Below are positions 51,231-63,872 of a stretch of DNA of 64,000 nucleotides, one piece after another. The position numbers were made by a program, and so were the translations under genes. Origin of the DNA: Octopus sinensis (Eukaryota); the NCBI RefSeq assembly GCF_006345805.1, contig NC_043006.1, positions 43,648,001 through 43,712,000 on the forward strand, read 5' to 3'. Each line of letters opens with the position of its first letter. Positions within the stretch are counted from its first letter, which is position 1. Under the pieces are notes generated by a model that saw only the letters and a list, made by a program, of their open reading frames with translations, searched no databases and was not told where the DNA came from.

Positions 51231-53149
51231 GATGTATAACATCTGATGGCTTGGTCCATAATGTGATACTGTGATATGATATAATGACTTATCAGGTAGT
51301 GTGTAGGAATTTCTCACAACAGGCCAAAGTGACACAAACCTAATCATTAAATGATGCTAAAGTAGGAATTAAACTAGTATTCAATGCAATAAATAATGCT
51401 GGACATATTGTATCATTACAAAATTTAAGAATAAGAAGAAAAAAAATGGAAAAAAGACAGACAAAACATTTTTTCCTATAATACTCCACAGAGGTGGTGG
51501 TGGTGGTGGTGGTGTGGGTGAGAAATATAAAATAAAAAAAGAAAAAAACAAACAACAAAGTGAAAAGAAAGAGAAGTAACAAGGTAAGATAAACTTTTTC
51601 TTTTTCTGTTGCTTCTTGCTATTGTTTTCCACAGAAACAAATGAAGGAAAGTGAAACATTGTTGAAGTGACATTAATTAAATCTTTTGGGGCTCATAAAA
51701 TTGATAGTAAATAATGATAACTGTTTGGGGGGAGGGAGAGCTCTTAAGGGAGCAAGAAGGGGGAGGGGGAAGGAGTGTTGTGGTAAAACACAGACAACAG
51801 TAAGATGATGATGAAGAGTGGGGAGTGGATGGGGAACCAATGAGACAGGTATCAAATATATAAGATTTTAAAGAGGAGAGAGAGAGAGACAAGTAAGAGA
51901 AAAGTAAGTGAAGCTTAAGTGTCTTCTTCTCCAGCCACACACACGGCACACCCAGTGTGGTGTCACATACCATGCCCCACTCTGAGGGGAGTAGAAGACA
52001 GGGAACAAGGTCAGCAGGTGGGAAGAAATGGAGAGGCAGGACAGGGCAAGGTGAGGAAGGGGTGTCTGGATAGACTAGTTTAATGAGAAAATGAATAGAG
52101 CTGACAAAGTGTGAAAGTAGAGAAGAGCTGTGGTTATAGACTAGCTAGCCCTATGTCAGGACAATAGAAAGGAAAGTGTTATATGTGAGTGATGAGATCT
52201 GGAAAGAAGCAAGAGGGAGATAGAGGGAGAAGGAGAGAGAGCATGAGGAGGGACTAATTACATGTGGGATATTGTGACAAGAAGTGCAGGAGAGTAGACA
52301 ACAACAAAAAAAAGGGGAGCGGGGTGGAGACCCCTACTCTTCAACTAACAATCTCTGGAGATTATCTAACCCTTTGAGAATAATGATGGAAGGAGGAAAG
52401 GAGCGAGATTGATGGAATTCTATTAGAAAAATGACCTTGCCAAGCAGAGGCAAAAAAAAAAAATATAGGTTTTCAGCTGGAAGCAAGCAAGTCTTTATTA
52501 TACCATTTTTATAACAGACATGCTTAAAATATGCCACCCGTCTTCAGTATTGTTTAATTATCCATCGCCCTCTCCCGTCAACACACACATCATAAATTGA
52601 GAATGGAGTACAATGCTTGAAATAAATAGAGACACTAAATTGTAGGGACAGACACTATGGACATCCTTAGCACCTAACCACATTAACAACACAGAAATAT
52701 CCCAACCCCAAACCTTGCAGCAATTAGTTATCATTGCACAATAGGGCTAATCACCTAAAGCTGTGTGAACCTCTTCAAAATCAGCACCACTTCTCTCATA
52801 ATCATCATCGTCATCAAAAACCACTGTCATCACAAACACTTTTCTAATGACAGGAGGAAAGAATAGTGCCCCTGACCTTTCTATACTGGTAAGAGTGGTT
52901 TAATTGATGTCGATGTTTGTCCAGACAACCACAGGTCCTGTGGACCCCGTGGATCGATGTCTGCAGGAAAAGCATAGACAGTAAGGGTTATGTTAGAAAT
53001 TAGAAAGTGAAGGTTTGGGGTGTAGTGTTTTGTCCAAGATCTGGGAGGTGAAACGCTCTGAAGATATGGGTGTATTGAGTGGGTCTGCTACACAAATGGG
53101 ATTGAACCTGAAACCATGTGGTTACAAAGCAAGCTTCTTAACCACAAAG

Positions 53150-53181
<32 letters not shown>

Positions 53182-53752
53182 ACATGTGTGCTCATTTTGT
53201 ATTTGTGTCTAGGTGTGAGTATATATGGACAAGTGCTTGTGAGTACATGTGTGTGTGTGTGTGTACATTGCAAAGTGGAGAGAAAGGATATTTTTTTTCT
53301 TTGTTTTTATTTTTGATGTTGAAGATTGTGATGAACGTTTACAACAGATGTAAGTAAGCAAGCAGTGACATGAGTGAGAGAAGACTGCAAAAAAAAAAAA
53401 ACCCAGCTGAGAAGCAGATCATGTTTACATGACAGTGTGACAAGATAAAGCCAGTTCTGTAAGCAAGGGAAGATGGGGGAAGAAGAAATGTAGTGAAAAA
53501 TTGTTCAAATCAATGCTATAATTGGCACTGGTGCGTTTACCACTTTCGTGTGTGTGTGTTACAAATGTCCTCCTCTTCTTACTCTACATGTAACTATGTA
53601 CAGAAATAATGTAAGGGTTAGCCAGACACCTATCTAAAACAGGTAAATTAGCCAGAACAACCGTTATAAACCCCAATATTTTATCTGCAGCAAAGTCATT
53701 TAAAAATAGTTGTATCCAAAAGTTGTCAGCCCCCATCTCTAGAGAGAGAGAG

Positions 53753-53791
<39 letters not shown>

Positions 53792-53867
53792 CTGTCTGTG
53801 TGTGTATTATAAGCTTTAAGCATATTTACAGAATTTTCATTGTCACCATTTCTTCATTTAACACAGA

Positions 53868-53900
<33 letters not shown>

Positions 53901-53905
53901 GAAGG

Positions 53906-54158
53906 ATGGCCTAGTGGCAAGGGTGTTGTACTCACGATCAGGAAATCGTAGTTTCAATTCCTGGTGCGCTGTGCTCTTGAGCAAAAACACTCATCTAACA
54001 TTGCTCTGCAATCACTTAGACACCTGACACATGGCATACCATGCACCTGTCCAGGCAATGTCAACTTGATGAGATGGGGGGGGGGGATGTGAGCTAATAT
54101 ACAGCACATACATTTGATCACTATAAACAAATCATTTGTGCTGGTCATTCAGCAAAAG
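53906..54158 (+). mobile_element. tRNA-headed SINE, CORE-like
   Basis: GATGGCCTAGTGGCAAGGG...GTTTCAATTCCTGG head, GTGCTCTTGAGCAAAAACAC box; inverted copy at 31445-31725. Confidence 0.7.
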
Positions 54159-54562
54159 CTGACAACTGATACATTATCTTTGACGGGGAAAGTCCGTCAT
54201 ATATACATATATATATATACACACATATGTATGTGCATGTATATATATAATATAAATATAAAAGTAGAGTTTAATGCCACCTAAACTAGCTAGGTGTGGG
54301 GGGGGGATATCCAGAGAAAGAGGATAATATATGATTTGAACCCAGTAAGTGTCTTTGTCTGATATATCTATCATTCTTCTGCTTGTGGTGAAGGGCTGAA
54401 ACAGATGGTGAGATGGCACAAGACCAATCCAGTCAGGCTAGCATTGGGAATCAAATGTTAAATGGTAGTAGTGATGGTGGTGGTGGTGGTGGTAGTAGTA
54501 GTAGTAGTAGTGGCACTACCGCTGCTACTGGTGCCCTGAATTTACAACCTACAGAGGCACTC

Positions 54563-54915
54563 TCTTTTATCCTTTTACTTGTTTCAGTCATTTGACTGCG
54601 GCCATGCTGGCGTACCACCTTTTAGTCGAGCAAATCGACCCCAGGACTTTTTCTTTGTAAGTCTAGTACTTATTCTAGCGGTCTCTTATGCCGAACTGCT
54701 AAGTTACAGGGATGTAAACACACCAGCATCAGTTGTCAAGCAATGTTGGGGGTCAAACACAGACATACAAACATATACACACACCCGCCTACCAAATCCA
54801 CTCAAGGCTTGGTCGGCCCGAGGCTATAGTAGAAGACACTTGCCCAAGGTGCCATGCAGTGGGACCAAACCTGGAACCATGTGGTTGGTAAGCAAGCTAT
54901 TTACCACACAGCCAA
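54563..54915 (-). mobile_element. SINE family A
   Basis: Matches other family A copies. Confidence 0.85.
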
Positions 54916-55696
54916 TGTAAAAAAAAAATTTTTTTTTTTTAAACAAACATGACAATGTCTAACTATGGCAACTGCTCCAATTTGGAAAACAAAGGACAGC
55001 ATTGATTCTTTTGATGGTTGAGGAATGAAAATGTCCGAGCAGAGAGAGTGTAAGACCACCAAGTGACTGGTGGATATTTCATGTTACATGACAAGCACTA
55101 CCATGCATCCATGTCCACCACACACACTCATTTCTTACAAGTTCAATTCACTTACTGAGATTTTAGGCAGCTAAATATAAATTAGGACAGAAAAGAGAAA
55201 AATTACGCTTAAATGATCCTGTACCACCTATTACAAACTTAATCTAGACCAAGGGTGTCAGCCTGGGTCCACATGACCCTTAGGGGTCCATATAAGATGC
55301 TGTTGCTAAAAGTTATTTCCAATAATTGGATATACTTCTGCAATGCACAAAATATTTTCAGAACTTTTTTTTTAAATACAATTCTTAATAATATCTAAAA
55401 CCACCTTTCAAGCATTGGGCCTCATAGAAGCAATGACAAATGACTGAGGCCTTTGGCAATAAACTGCGCTTGAATAGAAGACCCATCAAGCCAAGTGAAA
55501 TCGTAACCGTGGCAGATACTGGTGTCGCACAACTGGCACCTGTGCCAGTGGAATGTAAAAGCACCTATTACACTCTCGAAGTAGTTTGGCATTAGGAAGG
55601 GCATCCAGCTGTAGAAACCATGCTTAATCAGACTGGAGTCTGGTGTAGACCCTCAGCTTACCAACCCTGATCAAATTGTCCAACTCATGTCATTAA

Positions 55697-55895
55697 CCCT
55701 TTCATTATCGTATTTATTTTGAGATGCTCTGTGTTTCTTTCAAGTACTTTAAATATACTAAAGAATTTAGTAAAATAACTTAGTTATCATTAAGATAGTG
55801 TGACTAAGGCTTGGTGGAAGATTTTAATTCAAACTTATGAAAACAAGACATTTGTACTCAGAGCTGGAGCCAGAGCCGGGTTGGTAACAAAAAGG
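55697..55895. mobile_element. piggyBac-like MITE, second family, with TTAA TSD, inside the tail of a family C SINE (55400-55920)
   Basis: TTAA at 55693-55696, then CCCTTTCATTATC...GGTAACAAAAAGG, then TTAA at 55896-55899 and (GAT)n. Confidence 0.75.
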
Positions 55896-56079
55896 TTAAA
55901 TGATGATGATGATGATTATGATAAAAGTAGGATTTTTTTGAAACATCAAATGGCCATGAGGGTCCATCTGAGTCAAATAGCAATCAGAGGGGTCCATAGT
56001 GGAAAAATTATGGAGAAATGCTGAAGCCAAAACATATCTGGAGCATCAAGTGTTTTTCCTGTTATATTATATATTAAAA

Positions 56080-56247
56080 AGCACCCACTACACTCACGGA
56101 GTGGTTGGCGTTAGGAAGGACATCCAGCTGTAGAAACACTGCCAGATCAGACTGGAGCCTGGTGCAGCCTCCTGGCTTCCCAGACCCCGGTCGAACCATC
56201 CAAACCATGCTAGCATGGAAAATGGATGTTAAATGATGATGATGATT
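56080..56247 (+). mobile_element. SINE-like family C, 3' part, well preserved
   Basis: GGAGTGGTTGGCGTTAGGAAGGACATCCAGCTGTAGAAACACTGCCAGATCAGAC...CATGCTAGCATGGAAAATGGATGTTAAA(TGA)n. Confidence 0.85.
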
Positions 56248-58987
56248 ATTCAAACACCCGACTAGTAAGGAAAATCAAGAAGTAGCACAATGAAACACTT
56301 CATGTCTGTAAGAATTCGAACTAATTTCCAGTAACTTTGCAATTCTTAAACATCTCATCCAACAGACTTTTGTCAGTGAAATTGGAATTTACAGCTAAAT
56401 TAAGTAAACCTGCACTTCTCGCCCATCTCCAGAATTCTGAACAGTTTGTATTCAGCAAGGCAAACAGAAGCAGAAATCTACCATGTTAGCCGAGTTTTCC
56501 CCACCATTGAACTATATATGAACTGCAGTTAACCACAAGAATCAGTCAGCCGATACAAATACAAACAGAGCTATGTCTTTATAGATAAAATCCCCCGCAC
56601 CACCAAATATACCCATACATGCATACACACACACGCATTCATACCTATGTAATGCACACGTACACCATAACCATAGCTATCGCCACCAACCCCGCTACCA
56701 TCGATCTCTATACAGAGTAGGGCAATAAAATAAGCTGCGTTCACTCTGCTATCATGGCACTGGAGACAGGGAGGGGTAAAAACTGGAAGAGAAATGCTAT
56801 AAAAGACTGAAAGCGGACGCACACAAATCAATAGAGAGAAACGGCCAATGCAATATAAAATATAACACTTAAGGAATCCTTGACTATGCAAAAAAAAATA
56901 CCTTTGGAATAAGTCACAAGAAAACAGAAGAAACCAAAGGAATCAACAGACACATAGGTGTAATATGGGAGTGGTAGGAGGGCAGGCGACGTGTCTGTAT
57001 TAGTTGAAACGGAATCGCATATTAGTCTCCTTGGACAATGTGACTAATAGCAGGAACAGACAATGTTGAGTGTGGTTTGGGATGAGGCAGGGAAGGAGGT
57101 GTGGTTAATTATTACAATAACACTTAAAGGAATGAAGATGTAGATTTTTACTTAAAGCAAAATCTTCAGAAGTAAAATTAAGATGATGGAAACAAAAAAC
57201 AAAACGAAAACGAAATTACAACGAACAAAATGGAATATAATGAAATAATAATAATAATATTTTTTTACATTATAAGGATTTCTAATAATAATAATGATGA
57301 TGATGATGATGATTATTATTTTAATAACATCTTGCATGGATAGATCTAAATACATTATATTGATGAATTTCCAATCTTAAATAATTATAAAAGCAGCTTT
57401 ATGTACATGCATGTAGATGAAAGAGTGTGCGCATGTGCACAAAAATTAAGACGTATCTAGATTATCTTGCTAGTCTTCAGAGTTACCTGCAGCAATGACA
57501 AAATCTGTTAATGTTTCACAAGAGAAATAAAAAAGCATCACAAAGAAAAATAACGTTAAGAAATTTATAAAATTGATTTAATAAATTAGACAAGCAGACA
57601 CTTTTTTTTTATGCCATTTGTTGCTTTGTTATTGCTAGGTTTTTTTTGCTTTTGTTTTTTTTCTTTGTAAAATAATTTCTTTCTCAGGTGTAAATAATAG
57701 TTTGTTATTATTTTTGTTCTCTTAATTTTCATATTAAAAAAAAAAAGCAAAAACAGAAAAAGCACATTTAAGGAGAAAAGTGAGAAGAAATAAAAAGGAA
57801 ATACCAAAAAAATATGTATATATATATATATATATATAAAGGACCGTGGTTTTATACGGATAGCAGGTTTAGAGAAAATTAAATCAATAAATGACAGAAG
57901 CAGTGACAAGGGTATTAGTGGGGGGTTTTAGGATTGAAATCAGATAATTGAGGGCTTGCTTCATCTTAATGGGATGGCTGCTGGGTGTTTGAGATAAGCT
58001 TAGCCATCTCAAGGACGGAAAACCAAAGTTGTGTATCTAGGAGGGGGGAAAGAAGAACAACACAGAATTTATTATCGTGTGCAAGCTTGCTTCCATCAAC
58101 TTTCCCCTCCATAATGTTTAATGAGCAAGGGCAGGCAAATAAGCAAGCAATCTCTTGTGAAAAAGAGAACACAAGCTCTACTGATTGTTTGTAGTCATAA
58201 CAAGCGATAATTAATTAAACTAATTCAATAGATAAAGGGGCAGATGTTTGCTAGATAGAAAGGATCGCATCCTACGCCCAGACACAGCTCATTTTACAGA
58301 CATAACTTTTATAACCACCTCCTATTTGGAATTACTGGAAGGAGGGAGAAAAACATGTTTGTCTATTTTGGATGAAAATATGTCTCAACTTCCATTGCCG
58401 TTACACTGCTTACTTAAGCTGGGAAGGAAATTAATTCCTTTGGCTTAGAGCCTTACCTGGTTAAAATAATATCAGATTAGATAAGGTCTGAAAGTAGAGA
58501 AAGAGATGTGGAGTTTCTCAACTTTTACAACAGCAGCAGCAGCAACAGTAGCAGTAGTACTAGTAGTAGTTGCAATGATTTATTTTATTCGATAATTTTT
58601 TAAATGATTTCTAACAAGGGCACAAAACAACCAGTTTTCGAAAGGTGTTACATCTGATGACCCCCCACCTCCCCCACAAGTATATCACAGGTAGTTTCAT
58701 CACTGTTCACATATGGGCTTGAATTCAGAATACAAAGGGACATAACTAAATACCACAAGGCACCCCTCCCTATCCTTGGTGAGCTGCCATTTCTGCTAGA
58801 TGAGCACCCATTTGATTCCGACAAGTAAACCATTTCATTATTAAGAAGAAAAAAATCAAGTCAATGAAACAAAAGGCAGGAACCCTGATTGTGCCAATTT
58901 CCTGATTTCCAGAAAGACAAGTCCTGGTGTGCCCTTAAAAGGGTTTGAATTTCTAAGTACCAGAATGTAAAGAGTCTCCTGGTAAAA

Positions 58988-59362
58988 GAAGGAGTGGCTG
59001 TGTGGTAAGTAGCTTGCTTACCAGCCACATGGTTCTGGGTTCAGTCCCAGTGCATGGCACTTTGGGCAAGTGTCTTCTATTATAACCTCGAGTCAACCAA
59101 AGCTTTGTCAGTGGATTTGGTAGACAGAAACTGAAAGAAGCCCATCGTATATGTATATATGCATATACACATATATACATATTTGTGTGTATATGTTTGT
59201 GCCCACAACATCACCTGACAACCGATGTTGATGCGTTTATGTCCCCGTAACTTAACTGTTTTGCAAAAGAGACCGGCAGAGTAAGTACTAGGCTTCTCGA
59301 CTAAAGGTGGTGCTCCAGCATGGCCACAGTCAAATGACTGAAACAAATTAAAGAATAAAAGA
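58988..59362 (+). mobile_element. SINE family A, antisense to msn, ~200 nt from the 59561 donor
   Basis: Matches other family A copies. Confidence 0.85.
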
Positions 59363-59560
59363 ACCCACTGTCCCAAGGTTATTCTGAAGGTTAGTAAGCA
59401 GTGGGTCAAACAAACATGTTAGTTTAGAATTGCAAAAGTGAGCAATGCAAGGGTTAGTAAATCTGTTAGTTGATGTCAGAGCTGATATTTTTTGCCCATG
59501 CCTAACGCCTACCCAAAGCTCCGGGGGCAAGATTAATTCGTTGTGCTAGTGGTGGCTTAC

Positions 59561-59657
59561 CACTACTCTTTTGAGCTTCACGTTCGCGGTGACGATCGCT
59601 GTATCGATCTCGGTTCCGATCGCGCTCCACATCTTTGCTTGTCACTTCAGTTTTGTT
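59561..59657 (-). CDS. msn: Probable internal coding exon of the same kinase (97 nt, phase 0 to 1)
   Basis: Acceptor atttttcAG, donor G|GTAAGC. CpG-rich open frame NKTEVTSKDVERDRNRDRYSDRHREREAQKSS(G) whose phase fits the 18457 acceptor. No recognisable homology motif, so the assignment rests on splice signals, composition and phase. Confidence 0.7.
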
Positions 59658-59847
59658 CTGAAAAATATCAAAAAAGAAGAGAAGAATTAATACTAATGAT
59701 TTCAAACTTTGGCACAAAATATCAAATTTATATATATATAAAAAAAAGGGTGTAGATTTAATGAAATTTAGTATCAACAGCAGTTGAATTTGAGTCCAAA
59801 ATACAAAGAGATATAGCAAAATACTTCAACTATTGATTCATTATCAC

Positions 59848-59848
59848 G

Positions 59849-59892
<44 letters not shown>

Positions 59893-60105
59893 CCTTTCTA
59901 CTGGAGGCACAAGGACTCAGATTTGGGGAGAGGGGACTAGTCAATTACATCGACCCCAGTGATGGTACTGGTACTTAATTTATTGACCCCAAAAGGATGA
60001 AAAGCAATGTCAACCCCGGTGGGATTTGAACTCAGAACATAGCGACAGGCGAAATACTGCTAAGCATTCTGTTCAACGTGCTAACGATTCTGCCAACTCA
60101 CCAGC
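59848..60105 (-). mobile_element. SINE family B with a long (TAA)n tail
   Basis: About 15 TAA units at 59848-59892, then CCTTTCTACTGGAGGCACAAGG...TTTGAACTCAGAAC...GCTAACGATTCTGCCA. Confidence 0.85.
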
Positions 60106-60580
60106 TACACAACAACAACAATAAAATGATGGTGAAATGACAATGAAGAAATGAATACAATTTATTTCTGCTAAGAAACTGTTTGCATTTGTGTGTGTGT
60201 GTGTGTTAAATTTTTTAAGAGTAGTTTTAAAATCAGAGGATTTTTATGTCGCTGTATGTAATAATGTTTAACAAATTGAGACCAAAGACAAAAATCAAAA
60301 CTATTCGACAAAGGTCACGATAATTTAACAGCAGCATCTTCGAAAAACCCAACAGAGGTTTCCAAACTTGCTACATTGAAATAAGAGAGGAATGAACACT
60401 GCAACATTAATTTACAGGGCATTGTTAGCTTTATCTTCACGAGCATCATTTATCTTTTAAATTTATACTCTTGTAGCCGAAAGGATGACTGATATTGTAA
60501 GAGTTAAATTGCCAATTATCTACACATGCAACAAATTAAAAGGAACATAGATAAAACTCTATAAGAACAAATATATAGTA

Positions 60581-60679
60581 AAGCTTACACACATATATAT
60601 GCATGTAAGCATGTGTGTGTGTGTGTGTGTGTAAGCATATATATACATATGTATAATCATATATATATATGCTTATATA

Positions 60680-60713
<34 letters not shown>

Positions 60714-60866
60714 TATATATATATATATGCTTTTATATATATAAGCATATATATATGAATAAGCATATATATGTATATCATCATATATATAAATAAGCAT
60801 ATATATATGTATATATATATATAAATAAGCATATATATGTGTGTATATATATAAGCTTACACACAC
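60581..60866. repeat. AT-rich minisatellite (AAGCATATATAT.. units) bracketed by AAGCTTACACACA direct repeats
   Basis: Directly visible; the bracketing repeat is at 60581-60593 and 60853-60865. Confidence 0.7.
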
Positions 60867-63800
60867 AGATAGTATAGAACTTCCTACAAAGCAATAGTTT
60901 ATCAATAAGAAAATGCTATATATGAAACAAATGCTGTCTTAAACCTAGGTGTGTTTTGTGCTACAAGGAATTAAACAGGATAAAATATGAGACATCATTT
61001 AGCTTAACAAATATGTAGTGTCACAAGCAGAAGATGATGGTACATTAAGCAGAAAATCATGCCTGAGATATCATTCGGAAAGATTGCTGTAGAACATATA
61101 TTCCTGAAATTGGTTTCTGGTGGCAGGCAAGAGGGGGGAAAGAAGGAAAGAAGCGGAGAAGAAAGGGGTGTGAGTGAAAAATGAAGAATGAGGTAGGTAA
61201 GGAGGCACGAGATAATGATTATGAAGTAAACAAAGATGTCAGAAGCAATTTCAGTAATTCCAATTTGTATAGTTGAAGATCTTTGTGTGAAGGATCAAGA
61301 TGGTGTCCATAGAGTGAAGGTTATTCTGCTTGTCTCTTGATATCTTCTCCAAACAATACAATACAGTAATGAATGCTTAATTAGGCACAGAAATATCACT
61401 GGCCAACAACGAACACACTGCTGTCCATTTTAACATCAGAATACAAATATTCGGTAAATTACACAGAAACCATCTGTTAGCAATAGCATGTTGACTTAAT
61501 CAGACTCTAGCCACACACAGATTTCCATTGGAATTGCTACTATTATCATAAATCATTGTGTTGGAAAGTCTATCAGCCATATTGAAATGCCAGTCCTCAT
61601 CCTAACTTCTGACCTTCGTTGAAGCTTCAGGTTACCATCTTCTTCATCCAGATAGGAACACTATACAATCAGCTGTACAGTAGGATTGACTTACTACAAA
61701 CAGTTTCCGTTTTTCTCAGTTTGCTCAACTCAATGTCCATCCGTCCCCCTTTCTCCCCACCCATATTTATTACCAGTCTCCTTTTTCTTTGGACTCCAAG
61801 TTGTCTGAGACTTAAAGTAACGCCACCACCCTAACTCAAACATGGTACACACAGAAAAACTATTTAATGTGAGTCTACAACATTGTTGATATTTAATTAC
61901 AAAGGCACACACCTACTGACATTTTAAATCATTTGAAAAGGCCAATAAGTTCTTGAAATCTAATCAATAATAACAATTATGAAGCTAAGTGTACAGTATT
62001 AAAAACAGTCACTGGTCTGATACAGATATATTACGCAGATTAGTTTCAAATTCTACTTTCTTTGCAAAAAATGCCACAGCTTTCTTATGTCACCCAATTC
62101 TTCATACTTAATCAAAAAAGATCCAGAAAAATATAAACGCCAACAAATAGTCTTTCTTGACCATTTCTTTTACAATTTTTATCGATGCGGATAAACTAAA
62201 GCCAGAAATGACGTGTTGCTTGTAACTGCAGTAAGAAAGCACTTTCTGATCTATACATCATAAAACACACAGATCTCTGATAACAATTCACTGATATCAA
62301 AAATGTAGCAATGATTAATGATTAATGATTCGACAAAATCTTGTGAGAAATAGTTTCTAAAAGTCAAATAGATAAACCTATTAGCTTATGACTAGGTTGA
62401 GAAAATTAATCAAAGGACAAAAGCCATGACCTGCTGGCCCACTAAATCAACAAGATATACGCTAGCTAATCCTCCACCCTATCACTATTTAGTGGACAAT
62501 AATGAAAATTGATCTTTAAAAATTAAGAAAAGTAATTAAGAAAATCATGTTTAAATCTTAGTGAGTCAATATAGCATATCTAAAAGGCCATTACCATTTC
62601 ATAATTCACAATCTATTGGCAGTTTTACTAGCAGTAAATTTATCTTTCCCTAGCTGCAGTTTCATAGTATCATTATTACAGGAGTGTAGAAAATGTTGAT
62701 GATGTGCAAATAAGTATATCATGACTATTGTGACAGTAATAAACGCTATCATTCATCAACAGTTATGTTAACAACATATTTTAAGTCTATTCTGTTATAT
62801 AGCAAGCAGCTCTCAAAATCAGAAGACTCTGTAACGACTTCATTAATTCTTAATATGCTGAGATAGTCGGAACTTTGTAGTATATTACCGCAAAGGCTTC
62901 TATCGCTAAACCAACTGTCACCCATAACCAGCACATAAAGCGTTTTGTTGTTTGGCTTAAATTCGCCATAGTATTGAGATGGAGAGAAATTTATGACAAT
63001 AAATATGAATAACAAGCTCCATCAACATTTCTGCCAAATAAAATTACAACTTAGTCAATAGGTTTTAAGACATCAGATCATGTAAGTGCAAATGTGTGAA
63101 TATTTGAATCCAGCCAAAAGCAAGTTGTTCGCACGCAACAGATATAGGTTGTCTAGATAGAAAATCAAGGGAGATAGAAATCTGTGAAAGAAAAAAAAAA
63201 TCAAAAATTTTCTTTCTTTTAAAACAAAACTGGTTGACAAGCCAAGGTAGGATTTGCTATACTGTTGCTCAAATTGTTAGAAAATGTAACCAAAATTTCC
63301 CTCAGTTATAATCTCTGTCATTAAAAAAAAAAGATAAAAACAAAGGACACATTGGATAATGTAATCCTGGGTACACTGAACTTGATGAAGACACGCTGGC
63401 CCTTGTTGCCATGCTTTTGATTGGAGGTCAACTAACTTGGAGGCTAAATAATGACAACCTTACTATTTGAAGATTATCAACAGAAAGGGACTAAAGTGAG
63501 AAAAGTATCTTTTATGATACTCTATGATATTTGCAGCAGGAATATATCTCAGTACATGACTTACACAGATGATAGGGTCAGGGGGTAATGTGTACTGACC
63601 TGTGTCCAGAGAGAATATTTTCAATGACGAAAATATCTTCACATAAGGAAGATCTGTATATGCAAATATAACAACAATCATGATTTGCTTTTATTTGACA
63701 CAAGGTATAGCAGTGAGTATAGTAAACCCTAGACATTACATGAAGGATTACAATTACACTAATTGCAATCAAAAAGAAAAGAAAACAACTAGAAAAACTG

Positions 63801-63872
63801 CAAAAAATTAGACTTTTCAGAAGAGGATCAAAAAGATTGAAATATTTATGCTGTCATCATGAACATTAGCGT

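Noticed and set aside
54413-54595. Plus-strand ORF MAQDQSSQASIGNQMLNGSSDGGGGGGSSSSSS
   Set aside because: Built on (GGT)/(AGT) repeats and runs into a SINE; antisense and short.
61605-61670. Minus-strand CSYLDEEDGNLKLQRR, loosely like the Msn DGTL..R motif
   Set aside because: Weak acceptor, the best donor gives phase 2 rather than the required phase 0, and the RPLPPTP motif expected upstream is absent.
62749-63015. 88-aa minus-strand ORF
   Set aside because: No splice signals or motif recognised; length is within chance for AT-rich DNA.
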